Assembly: GCA_946404125.1 (NCBI GenBank)
Contig: CAMJCK010000002.1
Coordinates: 39,710-103,709, forward strand
Origin: an uncultured Bacteroidota bacterium
GTDB lineage: Bacteria > Bacteroidota > Bacteroidia > Bacteroidales > SZUA-534
Direction of reading: 5' to 3'
DNA length: 64,000 nt
Position 1 is the first letter of the stretch. Each line of letters opens with the position of its first letter. Both the position numbers and the translations under genes were made by a program. Under the pieces are notes generated by a model. That model was not told the DNA's origin. It did no database searches and saw only the letters and a list, made by a program, of their open reading frames with translations. Positions 34,638 to 44,100 of this stretch are shown here, one piece after another.

Positions 34638-34770
34638 AAAAGTCATTTTTGGTTTTGCTTTCATTCGTCCTTACAGGGTCAAAAACACATACATCACCTT
34701 CATAACTAAGGTGTTAGTTTGGGTTATACGAGTTGCCCTTTCAAGGCGAGGCATAATTGTATAAATGATT

Positions 34771-35574
34771 TTAGAACGGCAGCTCGTTGGGGTCGGTTTC
34801 GTCAGTTCCGAGCTCGTCAAGGTCGTTAAAATCAATTTCGTTGGTGTCCTGCTCCTCTTTCAGCTTGCTGGTGACAAACTCGTCTATCTCATCGAATGTC
34901 AGTGTTTTGACATTGGTAATCAGAAAGTCGGTTTTCAGGAAATTGCCATAGAGGTTGCACTCCTCAACTGCGTCGAGCAATGTCTGGTGGCACGGAACGT
35001 CTAACGGAATGAGCACCGTTAGGGCAGCGTATTTGCCTTGAAATTCAATATTTTCGATGGTCGAGCGGTTGTTTTTAAGAGCCGTGTCAAATTCCGATTG
35101 TATTACGTGCTGCTGGTAGGGCGCAAACTCTTCGACATTGTTGCCCACAAGCGCCACAAAGTAGCGCAGCATCTTGCCGCGGCCGCCCAAACCGGTCGAG
35201 ACAAACACCTGCCGCTCGTTGAGCAGGTTGCCTTCAATCAGCATCTTGCTCTCCTGCAGAGCCATCACAGCCCACTCGTGCTGCCGGTTCGACTTGTCTT
35301 TCGAGTACTCCTCAAGGATGCGGAAGGCGCGCGGATCGTCGATGCTGGCAAGCAGAATCATCCGGTCGCGCAACTGCTCATCGGTGAGTTCGGGAGCCAT
35401 CAAATCCTCAACATCTTTGAGCTCAGCCGAGTTATCGCGCCTGATTTTCTTCGAGTGTTTGAAGTATTCCATCTGCAAATCGATGTCGATAGGCTCATCA
35501 ACAACATTGAAGCTGCTGTCGCCCGAGGCCAGATTCGAGAGTTCCTTAAATAAGTTAAACAAGTTGCTGTTCAT
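34771..35574 (-). CDS. Hypothetical cytoplasmic protein, acidic C-terminus
   Basis: 267-aa ORF with an ATG start and coding-like composition. No motif recognised. Confidence 0.6.
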   Translation of the reverse strand: MNSNLFNLFKELSNLASGDSSFNVVDEPIDIDLQMEYFKHSKKIRRDNSAELKDVEDLMAPELTDEQLRDRMILLASIDDPRAFRILEEYSKDKSNRQHEWAVMALQESKMLIEGNLLNERQVFVSTGLGGRGKMLRYFVALVGNNVEEFAPYQQHVIQSEFDTALKNNRSTIENIEFQGKYAALTVLIPLDVPCHQTLLDAVEECNLYGNFLKTDFLITNVKTLTFDEIDEFVTSKLKEEQDTNEIDFNDLDELGTDETDPNELPF

Positions 35575-35664
35575 CCGTCGATTTTTAGATTACAAAGTTG
35601 CATAAAAATTAGCTACCGAATACAGTGCCCATATTTTTTTGCGCGGCAACGTGGCCAAAATATG

Positions 35665-35672
35665 TATTTTTG
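35665..35672 (+). promoter_or_regulatory. Candidate -7 box TATTTTTG
   Basis: Exact TAnnTTTG match, 16 nt before the ATG at 35689. Confidence 0.45.
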
Positions 35673-35688
35673 GTAAAATTTTAAACTG

Positions 35689-37797
35689 ATGGTACCTATC
35701 GATGTCAGAATTTCGAAGCACTACAAGGCGAGTGCGCTGATTATTTTTGTGTTGGCCGTGGTGGCCATAACCGCAATGCTGCCGCGTCAGCGCCAGTTCA
35801 AATACGAGCTTCAGAAGGGCAAGGTGTGGCAGTATGAGGATTTGTACGCGCCTTTCGACTTTGTTGTGCTCAAGACCAACGCCGAAATCAAGGAGGAGCG
35901 CGACAACATCCACAAAAACGCAAAGCCTTATTTCACAGTTATTTCAACGGTTTATCCGGAGCAGCGCGTTAAGTTTGAGCAGGAGTTCGACCGTCGGTTT
36001 GCATCGGCAATGGACGTTGTGCGCAGCAGGTTTCCCGACCTTTCGGTTGACGGCGACACCATTAAGTCGCGGCTGCGCAATTTTGCTCTCGCAGCGTTGG
36101 AATCGGTTTATTCCAAGGGAGTTACAAACTATACCGAGGTGCTTGACAAAGACAATGGTCAGGGGGCGGTGGTGCTTGTTGAGAATAAGGTGGGGCGCAC
36201 GGTTCCCGCAGCTGAGGTTTTTACCACTCACTCGGCGCAAAAATATGTGAGTGAGCTGATTACAATGAAGTTCAACGCCAATCAGGTGTTGTTCACGGCT
36301 GTTGAATATCTGAACATCTACGATTTCATCAAACCAAACATTGAATATGATAAAACGCTGACAACCAAGGCTCGGCAGGCGCTTGAGGAGCAGCTGTCGG
36401 AGTCGCGCGGAATGGTGCAGGCGGGGCAGTTGATTATTGCCCACAACGAGCCAATGAACGACCAGAACCTGCGGGTTCTGCGGTCGCTGCGGCGCGAGTT
36501 CCAGAGCGCGGGCGTTGCGTCGGGGCTGGTGTCGTGGACGCTGGTTGGCCAGATTCTGGTAGTGGCCATACTGCTGGCTCTGCTGTTTGTGTTTGTGATT
36601 TTGAACCGTCCGCGCATCTACTCGCACACGCGCCACCTCTTTTTTGTGGTGGGGCTTGTGGTGGTGATGGTTGGAATGATGTGCGTGTCGATACGGCTTC
36701 AGCTGGGGCACGCCTATCTGCTGCCGTTCGCCATTCTGCCAATCATTCTGCGCACTTTCTACGACGGCCATCTGGCATTCATCGCGCACATTATCACCTC
36801 CATTTTGTGCGGTCTGCTCATATCGAGCGGCTACGAATTCATTATGCTTCAGGCCGTTGCCGGGATGGTGGCCATTTTCTGTCTCTCGAAGATTGCCAAA
36901 CGCCGCCAGCTTTTCACGGCAGTGCTGATGGTAACAGCTTCGTATATAATCACTTACACAGGTATGTCGCTTTTGCAGGAAGGGCGGTTGGCCAACATCG
37001 GGCTTAGACCGTATATGTGGTTTATAATCAATGGCTTGTTCCTGTTTGTAAGCTATCCGCTGATATTCTTCTTCGAGCGTCTGTTCGGTTTGGTTTCCGA
37101 TGTGACGCTGCTGGAGTTGTCGGACACCAACCATCCGCTGCTGCGCGAACTGGCCGAGAAGGCGCCGGGCACGTTCCAGCACGTGATGCAGGTGGCCAAT
37201 CTGGCCGAAGACGCCATCCGAAACATCGGTGGCAACCCGCTGCTGGCCCGCGTGGGCGCGCTCTATCACGACATCGGCAAAACAGCTATGCCACAGTTTT
37301 TTATTGAGAACCAGGTGGGAGCGAGCCCGCACAACACGCTAAGCAACGAGGCGAGCGCCGATATAATCATCAGCCACGTTAAGCACGGCGAGGCGTTGGC
37401 CAAAAGCTACAAGCTGCCGCCGCGCGTTATCGATTTCATCACCACTCACCACGGAACCGATGTGGTGCGCTATTTCTATAATAATGAGGTAAATACCAAC
37501 GGTGCCGACAATGTGGATGTGGCAAAATACACCTATCCCGGTCCGTCGCCGGTGACGAAAGAAACGGCCGTGGTGATGCTCGCCGACTCGGTTGAGGCCG
37601 CCTCGCGCACCATCAAAGACTACTCGCCCGAGGTGATTAGCGCTTTGGTTGAGGAGATTGTGGACGACAAAATTGAACACGGCCAAATGAACCACGCCGA
37701 ACTGACTTTCCGCGACATTGAAACTGTGAAAATGTTTTTCAAACAGAAGTTGCAGAACATTTACCACACGCGGATTGAGTATCCGAAGAACATATGA
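35689..37797 (+). CDS. 7TM-receptor HD/HDIG phosphohydrolase (PgpH/YqfF-like, possible c-di-AMP phosphodiesterase)
   Basis: N-terminal extracytoplasmic domain, a 7-TM block, then an HD domain (HVMQVANLAE, LYHDIGK, HHG). Confidence 0.88.
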   Translation: MVPIDVRISKHYKASALIIFVLAVVAITAMLPRQRQFKYELQKGKVWQYEDLYAPFDFVVLKTNAEIKEERDNIHKNAKPYFTVISTVYPEQRVKFEQEFDRRFASAMDVVRSRFPDLSVDGDTIKSRLRNFALAALESVYSKGVTNYTEVLDKDNGQGAVVLVENKVGRTVPAAEVFTTHSAQKYVSELITMKFNANQVLFTAVEYLNIYDFIKPNIEYDKTLTTKARQALEEQLSESRGMVQAGQLIIAHNEPMNDQNLRVLRSLRREFQSAGVASGLVSWTLVGQILVVAILLALLFVFVILNRPRIYSHTRHLFFVVGLVVVMVGMMCVSIRLQLGHAYLLPFAILPIILRTFYDGHLAFIAHIITSILCGLLISSGYEFIMLQAVAGMVAIFCLSKIAKRRQLFTAVLMVTASYIITYTGMSLLQEGRLANIGLRPYMWFIINGLFLFVSYPLIFFFERLFGLVSDVTLLELSDTNHPLLRELAEKAPGTFQHVMQVANLAEDAIRNIGGNPLLARVGALYHDIGKTAMPQFFIENQVGASPHNTLSNEASADIIISHVKHGEALAKSYKLPPRVIDFITTHHGTDVVRYFYNNEVNTNGADNVDVAKYTYPGPSPVTKETAVVMLADSVEAASRTIKDYSPEVISALVEEIVDDKIEHGQMNHAELTFRDIETVKMFFKQKLQNIYHTRIEYPKNI

Positions 37798-37815
37798 CGC
37801 TTATTTTTTTGATTT

Positions 37816-38496
37816 TCAATGCTTATCGTCGTACACGCGCTGCCCAAAGATTGACGAACCCACGCGCACCAATGTTGAGCCGTGGGCGATGGCCAGTTGG
37901 TAGTCGCCCGACATTCCCATTGAGAGTTCCTTAAACTCGTCAGAACCAGCAAAATAGTCGGTTTTGAGAGTGTCGAAAATCTGCTTCAGATTGGCGAACT
38001 CGCGGTTGGTCTGCTCGGTGTTGTCGGTCAGGCTGCCGATGCCCATAACACCGCAGATGCGCACGTTCTGCAATGTCCGAAACTCGTCTGACTCAAGCAG
38101 TTGGCGGGCTTCGTCGAGCGTCAGGCCGAACTTTGTCTCTTCGGTGGCAATGTGGAATTGCAGCAGGCAGCGCACCACCACGCCGTGTTTGGCGGCTTCC
38201 TTGTTGATTTCGACCAGCAGTTTCAGACTGTCAACGCTGTGTATCAGGCTGATATAACTGATGATATATTTTATTTTGTTGGTCTGCAGGTGACCGATGA
38301 AGTGCCATTCAATGTCCTTCGGCAGGTCTTCGTGCTTCTGCTTGAGTTCCTGCGCGTGGCTCTCGCCAAAAATGCGCTGCCCAGCGTTGTAGGCTTCCAG
38401 AATGTCTTCTTCAGGCTTTGTCTTCGACACCGCCACAAGCCGCACCCCAGCAGGCAGCGTCGATTTTATACGGTTCAGATTTTCAGATATGCTCAT
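37816..38496 (-). CDS. yggS: YggS-family pyridoxal-phosphate homeostasis protein
   Basis: VRLVAVSKTKP (PLP lysine), HFIGHLQTNK and SMGMSGDY. Confidence 0.92.
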   Translation of the reverse strand: MSISENLNRIKSTLPAGVRLVAVSKTKPEEDILEAYNAGQRIFGESHAQELKQKHEDLPKDIEWHFIGHLQTNKIKYIISYISLIHSVDSLKLLVEINKEAAKHGVVVRCLLQFHIATEETKFGLTLDEARQLLESDEFRTLQNVRICGVMGIGSLTDNTEQTNREFANLKQIFDTLKTDYFAGSDEFKELSMGMSGDYQLAIAHGSTLVRVGSSIFGQRVYDDKH

Positions 38497-38503
38497 AGTT
38501 GTT

Positions 38504-38736
38504 TAATCGTTTAATTGGTGAATCGTTTATAGTTTAGCGCTTCGCTGTTGAGAAGGTTTAGCGCTTCGCTGTTTAGTTAAATTTTCTAAACTCTCTCAAC
38601 CTTCTGAACTTAAAACTTACAACTTAAACTTGTTTAATCGTTTAATTGGTTGTTTAAAGTTTTGCGTATCGCTGTTTAGTCTCAACTTTCTCAACATTCT
38701 CAACTTCTTATCCCAACTTAAAACTTAAAACTCAAA
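38504..38736. repeat. Tandem ~131-nt intergenic element (2 copies) built from dispersed words
   Basis: Exact 21-mer TTGTTTAATCGTTTAATTGGT at 38504-38524 and 38635-38655. GTTTAGCGCTTCGCTGTT at 38537-38554 and 38561-38578. Internal hairpins GTTTAG/CTAAAC (38576-38596) and AGAAGGTT/AACCTTCT (38557-38564 vs 38603-38610). Confidence 0.85.
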
Positions 38737-39984
38737 TCACTTTCTCGTCTGTCCTTCGCCCGTCACGAGCCACTTGTACGAGTTGAGTTCGCGCAAGGCC
38801 ATTGGGCCGCGGGCGTGCAGTTTCTGTGTTGAGATACCGATTTCGGCACCCAGACCGAACTGCGCGCCGTCGGTGAAGGCCGTCGGGGCGTTCACGTAAA
38901 CCACAGCAGCGTCAACTGCCTTGCGGAACAAATCGGCATTTGCCTGATTGTCAGTTACAATGCACTCGCTGTGGCGCGAACTGTAGCGGGCAATGTGAGC
39001 CAGCGCTTCGTCAATCGAGCCAACGGTTTTGACAGCCATTTTATAATCCATAAACTCGGTGCCAAACGATTGGTCGTCAGCGTGTTGCAGAAGCGCAGCA
39101 GGATATTTTCCGTCCAATGCGGCATAGGCCTGCTCGTCGGCATAGACAATGACGTTTTTGGTGGCGCAATCGGCAATCAGCGCGGACAGGTCGGCCAGGC
39201 GTTTCTGATTGATAATCACGCAGTCCAAGGCATTGCAGACGCTTACGCGGCGTGTTTTGGCGTTGAAGATTATTCGTTTTCCCCACTCAAGGTTGCCGAA
39301 CTCGTCGAAATAGGTGTGGCAGATGCCAGCGCCAGTCTCGATGACGGGCACAATGGAATTTTGGCGCACAAAATCGATGAGCCGCTTGCTGCCGCGCGGA
39401 ATTATCAAATCAACATAGTCTGTGGCCTTCAGCAGTTGCTCGGTTTCGGCGTGACCTGCGGGCAAGAGCGCAATGCAGTTCTCATCAACACCGTGGCGGC
39501 GCAGCACTTCCTTGATGATGCCAACACCCACAACGTTCGAGTCGTAGGCGTCGGAACCGCCCTTCAAGATGCAGGCGTTGCCCGATTTCAGACAGAGCGA
39601 GAAGACGTCGTAGGTGACGTTCGGGCGCGCTTCGTAAATCATTCCAATAACACCGATTGGCACGGTTACCTTTTTGAGTTTCAGTCCGTTGGGCAGTTCG
39701 CGCTCTTCAAGCGTGCGGCCAACAGGATAAGGTAGCGACGCCACGTTGCGCATATCGCCCGCAATGTCGGCAATGCGCTGCTCGGTGAGTTGCAGACGGT
39801 CGTAAACGGGGTTGGCCTTGTCCATTCGGGCCAAATCCTTGTTATTGGCGGCCAGAATCTCGCCAGTGCGCGCCACAATGGCGTCGGCCACGTCGCGCAA
39901 AATATCGTTAATCTTCTCTTCGGTCAGGAAAACCATACCGCGGCTCGCCTGCCGGACTTTCTCAAATAACTCTGTGCAATCCAT
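38737..39984 (-). CDS. proA: Glutamate-5-semialdehyde dehydrogenase
   Basis: 415 aa. [14 protein letters not shown] and the catalytic-Cys region VSVCNALDC. Confidence 0.96.
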   Translation of the reverse strand: MDCTELFEKVRQASRGMVFLTEEKINDILRDVADAIVARTGEILAANNKDLARMDKANPVYDRLQLTEQRIADIAGDMRNVASLPYPVGRTLEERELPNGLKLKKVTVPIGVIGMIYEARPNVTYDVFSLCLKSGNACILKGGSDAYDSNVVGVGIIKEVLRRHGVDENCIALLPAGHAETEQLLKATDYVDLIIPRGSKRLIDFVRQNSIVPVIETGAGICHTYFDEFGNLEWGKRIIFNAKTRRVSVCNALDCVIINQKRLADLSALIADCATKNVIVYADEQAYAALDGKYPAALLQHADDQSFGTEFMDYKMAVKTVGSIDEALAHIARYSSRHSECIVTDNQANADLFRKAVDAAVVYVNAPTAFTDGAQFGLGAEIGISTQKLHARGPMALRELNSYKWLVTGEGQTRK

Positions 39985-40112
39985 AACTTAAACGCAAACT
40001 AAAATCTAAAATGCGGACACTAGCGCTGAGCGCCAATGCTAGCGAAAACTGAAGTGCAAACTTAAATGATTTTCAATCGTTCACGCATTCAATTATTCAA
40101 TAAATCAATCTT

Positions 40113-41192
40113 TCAATTCAAAACCAGGTAGTCGTAGTGCACAAACGGGCGGCTCTGTTTTTTGCCCATACACTCGGCCACGGTCTGCGAGTCGTACATT
40201 GCCCGACCAATGCCAAGTTCCTGACCGTCAGGTCCGTAGATGCCAACAATATCGCCTTTTTCGAAAGAGCCCTCAACGCCAGTTATGCCGATGAAGAGCA
40301 GGCTGGTTGCCTTTTCACCCGTCAAGGCTTCCATTGCACCCTGATTGACAGTTACATAACCTTTGGCAAACGACTGCGAGTGCGCCAGCCATTTTTTCAC
40401 GTTTGTGGTTTTGTTGTGCGGCACAAAGTGGGTGAAATCCTTCAGGCGGTTGTTCACAATGTCGAGCAGCACATTGTCGCGGGTGCCGTTGGCAATGAAC
40501 ACGTTGATGCCCTCGCCGGCTATTTTTGCGGCAATGGAGCATTTGGTGAGCATTCCGCCACGGCCGAAACCCGATTTTGTGGGGGCTATGTACTTCTGCA
40601 GCGATGCGAATCCGGTGTCGATGGTGCGAATCAGCTTTGAGCCGGGCTGGTCGGGCGCGCCAGTGAACACGCCGTCGATGTTCGAGAGGATGAACAACGA
40701 GTCGCAGTTCATCATTGAGGCCATCAGGCCCGACAGCTCGTCGTTGTCGGTGAACATAAGCTCCGTTACCGATATTGTATCGTTCTCATTCACAATCGGA
40801 ATCACGTGGTTTTCAAGCATCGTGGTGATGCAGTTTTTCATATTCAGGTAGTGGCGGCGGTCGCCAAAATTCTCTTTTGTAGTGAGCACTTGCGCGCACT
40901 GAAGTCCTTTGCTGCTAAACAGTTGCGTGTATAACGACATCAGTTTCACCTGTCCCACGGCGGCCCAAAGCTGCTTGGCGGCCACAAGGTCGGTTTTCTT
41001 CGACACGGCCACCTCGCCGCGTCCGGCCGCAACCGCACCCGACGACACCACAATCACCTCAGTGCCAGTCTTTTGCAGCGAGGCAATCTGTTCCACAAGA
41101 TTTGTGATTCGCGCCACATTGAGCGAGCCGTCGGCTTGCGCCAGCACATTGCTGCCAATCTTTATGGCAATACGTTTGAATTTATTCTGCAT
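40113..41192 (-). CDS. proB: Glutamate 5-kinase (with a PUA domain)
   Basis: ATG at 41192 gives MQNKFKRIAIKIGSNVL. The ORF-track extension upstream is out-of-frame read-through of the neighbouring gene's tail. Confidence 0.95.
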   Translation of the reverse strand: MQNKFKRIAIKIGSNVLAQADGSLNVARITNLVEQIASLQKTGTEVIVVSSGAVAAGRGEVAVSKKTDLVAAKQLWAAVGQVKLMSLYTQLFSSKGLQCAQVLTTKENFGDRRHYLNMKNCITTMLENHVIPIVNENDTISVTELMFTDNDELSGLMASMMNCDSLFILSNIDGVFTGAPDQPGSKLIRTIDTGFASLQKYIAPTKSGFGRGGMLTKCSIAAKIAGEGINVFIANGTRDNVLLDIVNNRLKDFTHFVPHNKTTNVKKWLAHSQSFAKGYVTVNQGAMEALTGEKATSLLFIGITGVEGSFEKGDIVGIYGPDGQELGIGRAMYDSQTVAECMGKKQSRPFVHYDYLVLN

Positions 41193-44100
41193 CTTCTGTA
41201 TCTGTTTCGTTTTCAGTTTGTTCGTTTTCCGCATTCTCATCACCCTCATTCTGACCTTCGGTTTCACCTTCAGGCCCATTTTCATCATCAAACTCCATAA
41301 CGTTGCCGTCCTCGTCAACAATCTGGTCGTCTTCTTCAACCTCAAATCCTTGCAGGTGCTTGATGAAGTCGTTTTTCTTCTTGTTTTCGGCCATCATAAA
41401 CATATACGACGCCTGCCCGCGCTGTGCCGGCATCTTGCGGTCGCTGCCCTTGATGGAGTGGACAATATCGTTGAACTCCTTGTCGGAACTCAAAACCTGC
41501 ATAAATCCGCGCTTGTAGGTGAAGAAGTACCACAATTCAGGAGTGATTTCGAGGTAGAGGGTGAGGCCGTCGCCACTGCGCTTGCGCTCAACTTCGAGGG
41601 TGCCTTTCACCTTCTTGTTTATCTGCGCGCCGCAAAGGTTGGCAATGCCCAGCTCACCGGTGCTCTGCCAGCAGTTCACCTTCTTGTTCCAAACCATACG
41701 CAGCTCCGAGAACATAAACGTGGTGTTCAGCTCGGGCGGAATCACGTTAAGTGTGCCGAAAATGCGCTGTTCGTTCAACATCTTTTTGGCCGGCGCCGAA
41801 CCTAAAATCGACCGCACACCACGTGTGTAAGTATCGCTTATCAGACTTGCGGGTTGCAGTCCTTCAATCGCTTTCAGTGTGTCGGCAATCCGTTTCATCG
41901 CGGCAGCGGGAATAAAGAAGTCGAGTGTCGAAATCATATCGAGCGTGTAGCGGTCGTCGTCGATTTTGTAAACGGTTGAGCCCTTGTTCACCATCTTGAT
42001 TCGTCCGAGGTTGGCCACAAGATTGATGTCGCCGTCGGAGTTGATGGTGCAGCCGTCCTTCTTGATACACAGGTAGTTGTCCAAGCTGTCGGGTTGAGCC
42101 ATACGCTCTTTGGTGCTGATTTCGTAAACATTGGTTTTGCTGTTGTAGTGCAGGAATCCTGTTGCGGTGGCCACTGGCACGTTGCTGTAGAGCTTGCGCG
42201 GAGTGAGGAACGCGGGGTAGATGTGCACCGAATCGGTGGCCATCATTCCGCCCGAAACCAGGAACTCGTCGCCGTGGCTCATCGGCTGCTCATCAAGCGG
42301 GATGAAGACGTCCTGCGGGTCAATTTCGCCGTTGAATTTAATCCAGCTTTCGCCGATTGAGCAACCGTGGTGCATCTTGGTCGAGCCAATGTAGCGCAGC
42401 AGCGGTTTGCGGGCCTCCATCTTCACCTGGCCCTGGTAGCTGAAGTGTGGCGACAGGCTGAAATCCTCCTCAAACCTGATTTTGCCCGAGCCATAGGATT
42501 GTCCGGTGGAGTCAACAGCAATCGGGTCGAAGCTGATGTACTCAACCGTGCCGTCCGACTCGGTGTAGGTGTAGTCGCCGTGGCCGTAATACTGCTTGCG
42601 CGACAAGACGTCAACCGTCACATCTTTGAACTTGTGGTACTGGTTCTCGGTGTCGGCCACCAGCTTGGCGCCTTTCAGGGTTTTCATCTTGGCCATTGGC
42701 TGGATGGTCACCTCGCCGTCGGCTGTGAAGATGTTGGCATCGGCTACAGCCAGAAGTTCAACCTGGTGTGCCGATATAATGCTGGTTTTCAGGTCATAAT
42801 CGGCCACTGGCGATACCCAGTTGAGTGAGTCCTGCCCTTTGTGAACCGACAGGAACAGAGAGCCCTTGGTTGCCGTTTTGGCGGCCTCCGGCTCAATGCG
42901 CGACACGCGGCCGCTGGCAAACATCTGCGTGGCTCCGGCCGATGTGAACTGCATTTTCTTCTCCACCATCTTCCAGGCAAACTGCTCTATCCAAGCCGCA
43001 TAGAGGTTCTCGGGGAAGTCGATGCGGCCATTGCCAAGGTTCGACTTGAACGATGCCAGCTTGGTCGTCATATCCACATCAACCTTGACATTCTCGGTGC
43101 TGATGGCCAGCTTGTCCGACAGATTCGAGCCAATCTCAAACTTGGCGTTGTTGCTGCTGAAAGTCGTCTGCTTAAACTCGAACCGCGACGATGTCAGACG
43201 GCCGTCGTACAAATCGACAATGCCGCGTCCGTCCATCGATCTCGAGTGGTAGTTGAGTATGCCGCTGAAAGCCACCTCACCGCCGAACATACGCAAAGGC
43301 TGGCCAAGGTCTTTCATCACAAGGATGTCTTTGTACGGCTCCCAGTGCACGTAAACCTTGGTGCCCAACACATCGGTGTGAACGCCCTTCTGCTCGGCAA
43401 TGTTCAGCGCGGTTGTCACGCCGTTGGTCGAGTCGGGGAAGAAGACAAAGTCGTTCGACATCATTCGCGCGTCGGAGAAATCCAACTCGCCATTTCCTCG
43501 CAAACCCATATTACTCAACCAGATACTGTTGTGGAACGTGCCCTTGCCTCGGTAGGCCGGATAGCCGTTGTTTGGCGTCTGCTCGACAAAACCGAGCGAG
43601 TTATCCTCCTGAAGTACAAGCCCTTGCTTGATAATCGGGAATATGTCGGCAGAGTGCAGCTCGCCCTCGAACTTCATACCCTCGGTTGCAAAGGTGTTCA
43701 AACTGTCGATGGTGTACGGATAAATTTGGAAATAGAACGTGTCGCGCGGGTACTTGCCGTCCTGAATGTCCGGGTCGTCGTAGTAAACGTAAGAGTCTTT
43801 CTCACTGGCAAATATGGGGTATTGCTTAAGGTTTTTCCGCCCCGATTTGTTGTCGGGCTCGTCGATTTTCAGCTTGCCGGTAATGTTCTCGATGGTGCTC
43901 TGCACCTCGGAGAGCAATTGCAAACCCTGCTCGTCAATGCCCGCTTTCACCCTGATATTCAGCGAGTCAACCTGCGACAGCTCCACCATAAAATCGTTGT
44001 AGTTGAAACTGAAGTTGCTGCCGTGGAAGGTGAACAAACCGGCATCGATGCGGCCGCCGAAGTCGAAGCACAAATCCTTCTTGACCAGAATCTCCTCGTT

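Noticed and set aside
35944-37332. A 462-aa ORF antisense to the 7TM-HD gene
   Set aside because: The sense strand encodes clear TM and HD/HDIG motifs. The antisense translation is R/Q/H-rich and nonsensical.
38497-38736. Possible CRISPR array in the repeat-rich proA-yggS spacer
   Set aside because: The repeats are irregular (21-mer at a 131-nt period, 18-mer at a 24-nt period) and AT-rich. They have no unique spacers of constant length and no cas genes nearby. They belong to the dispersed word-element family instead.
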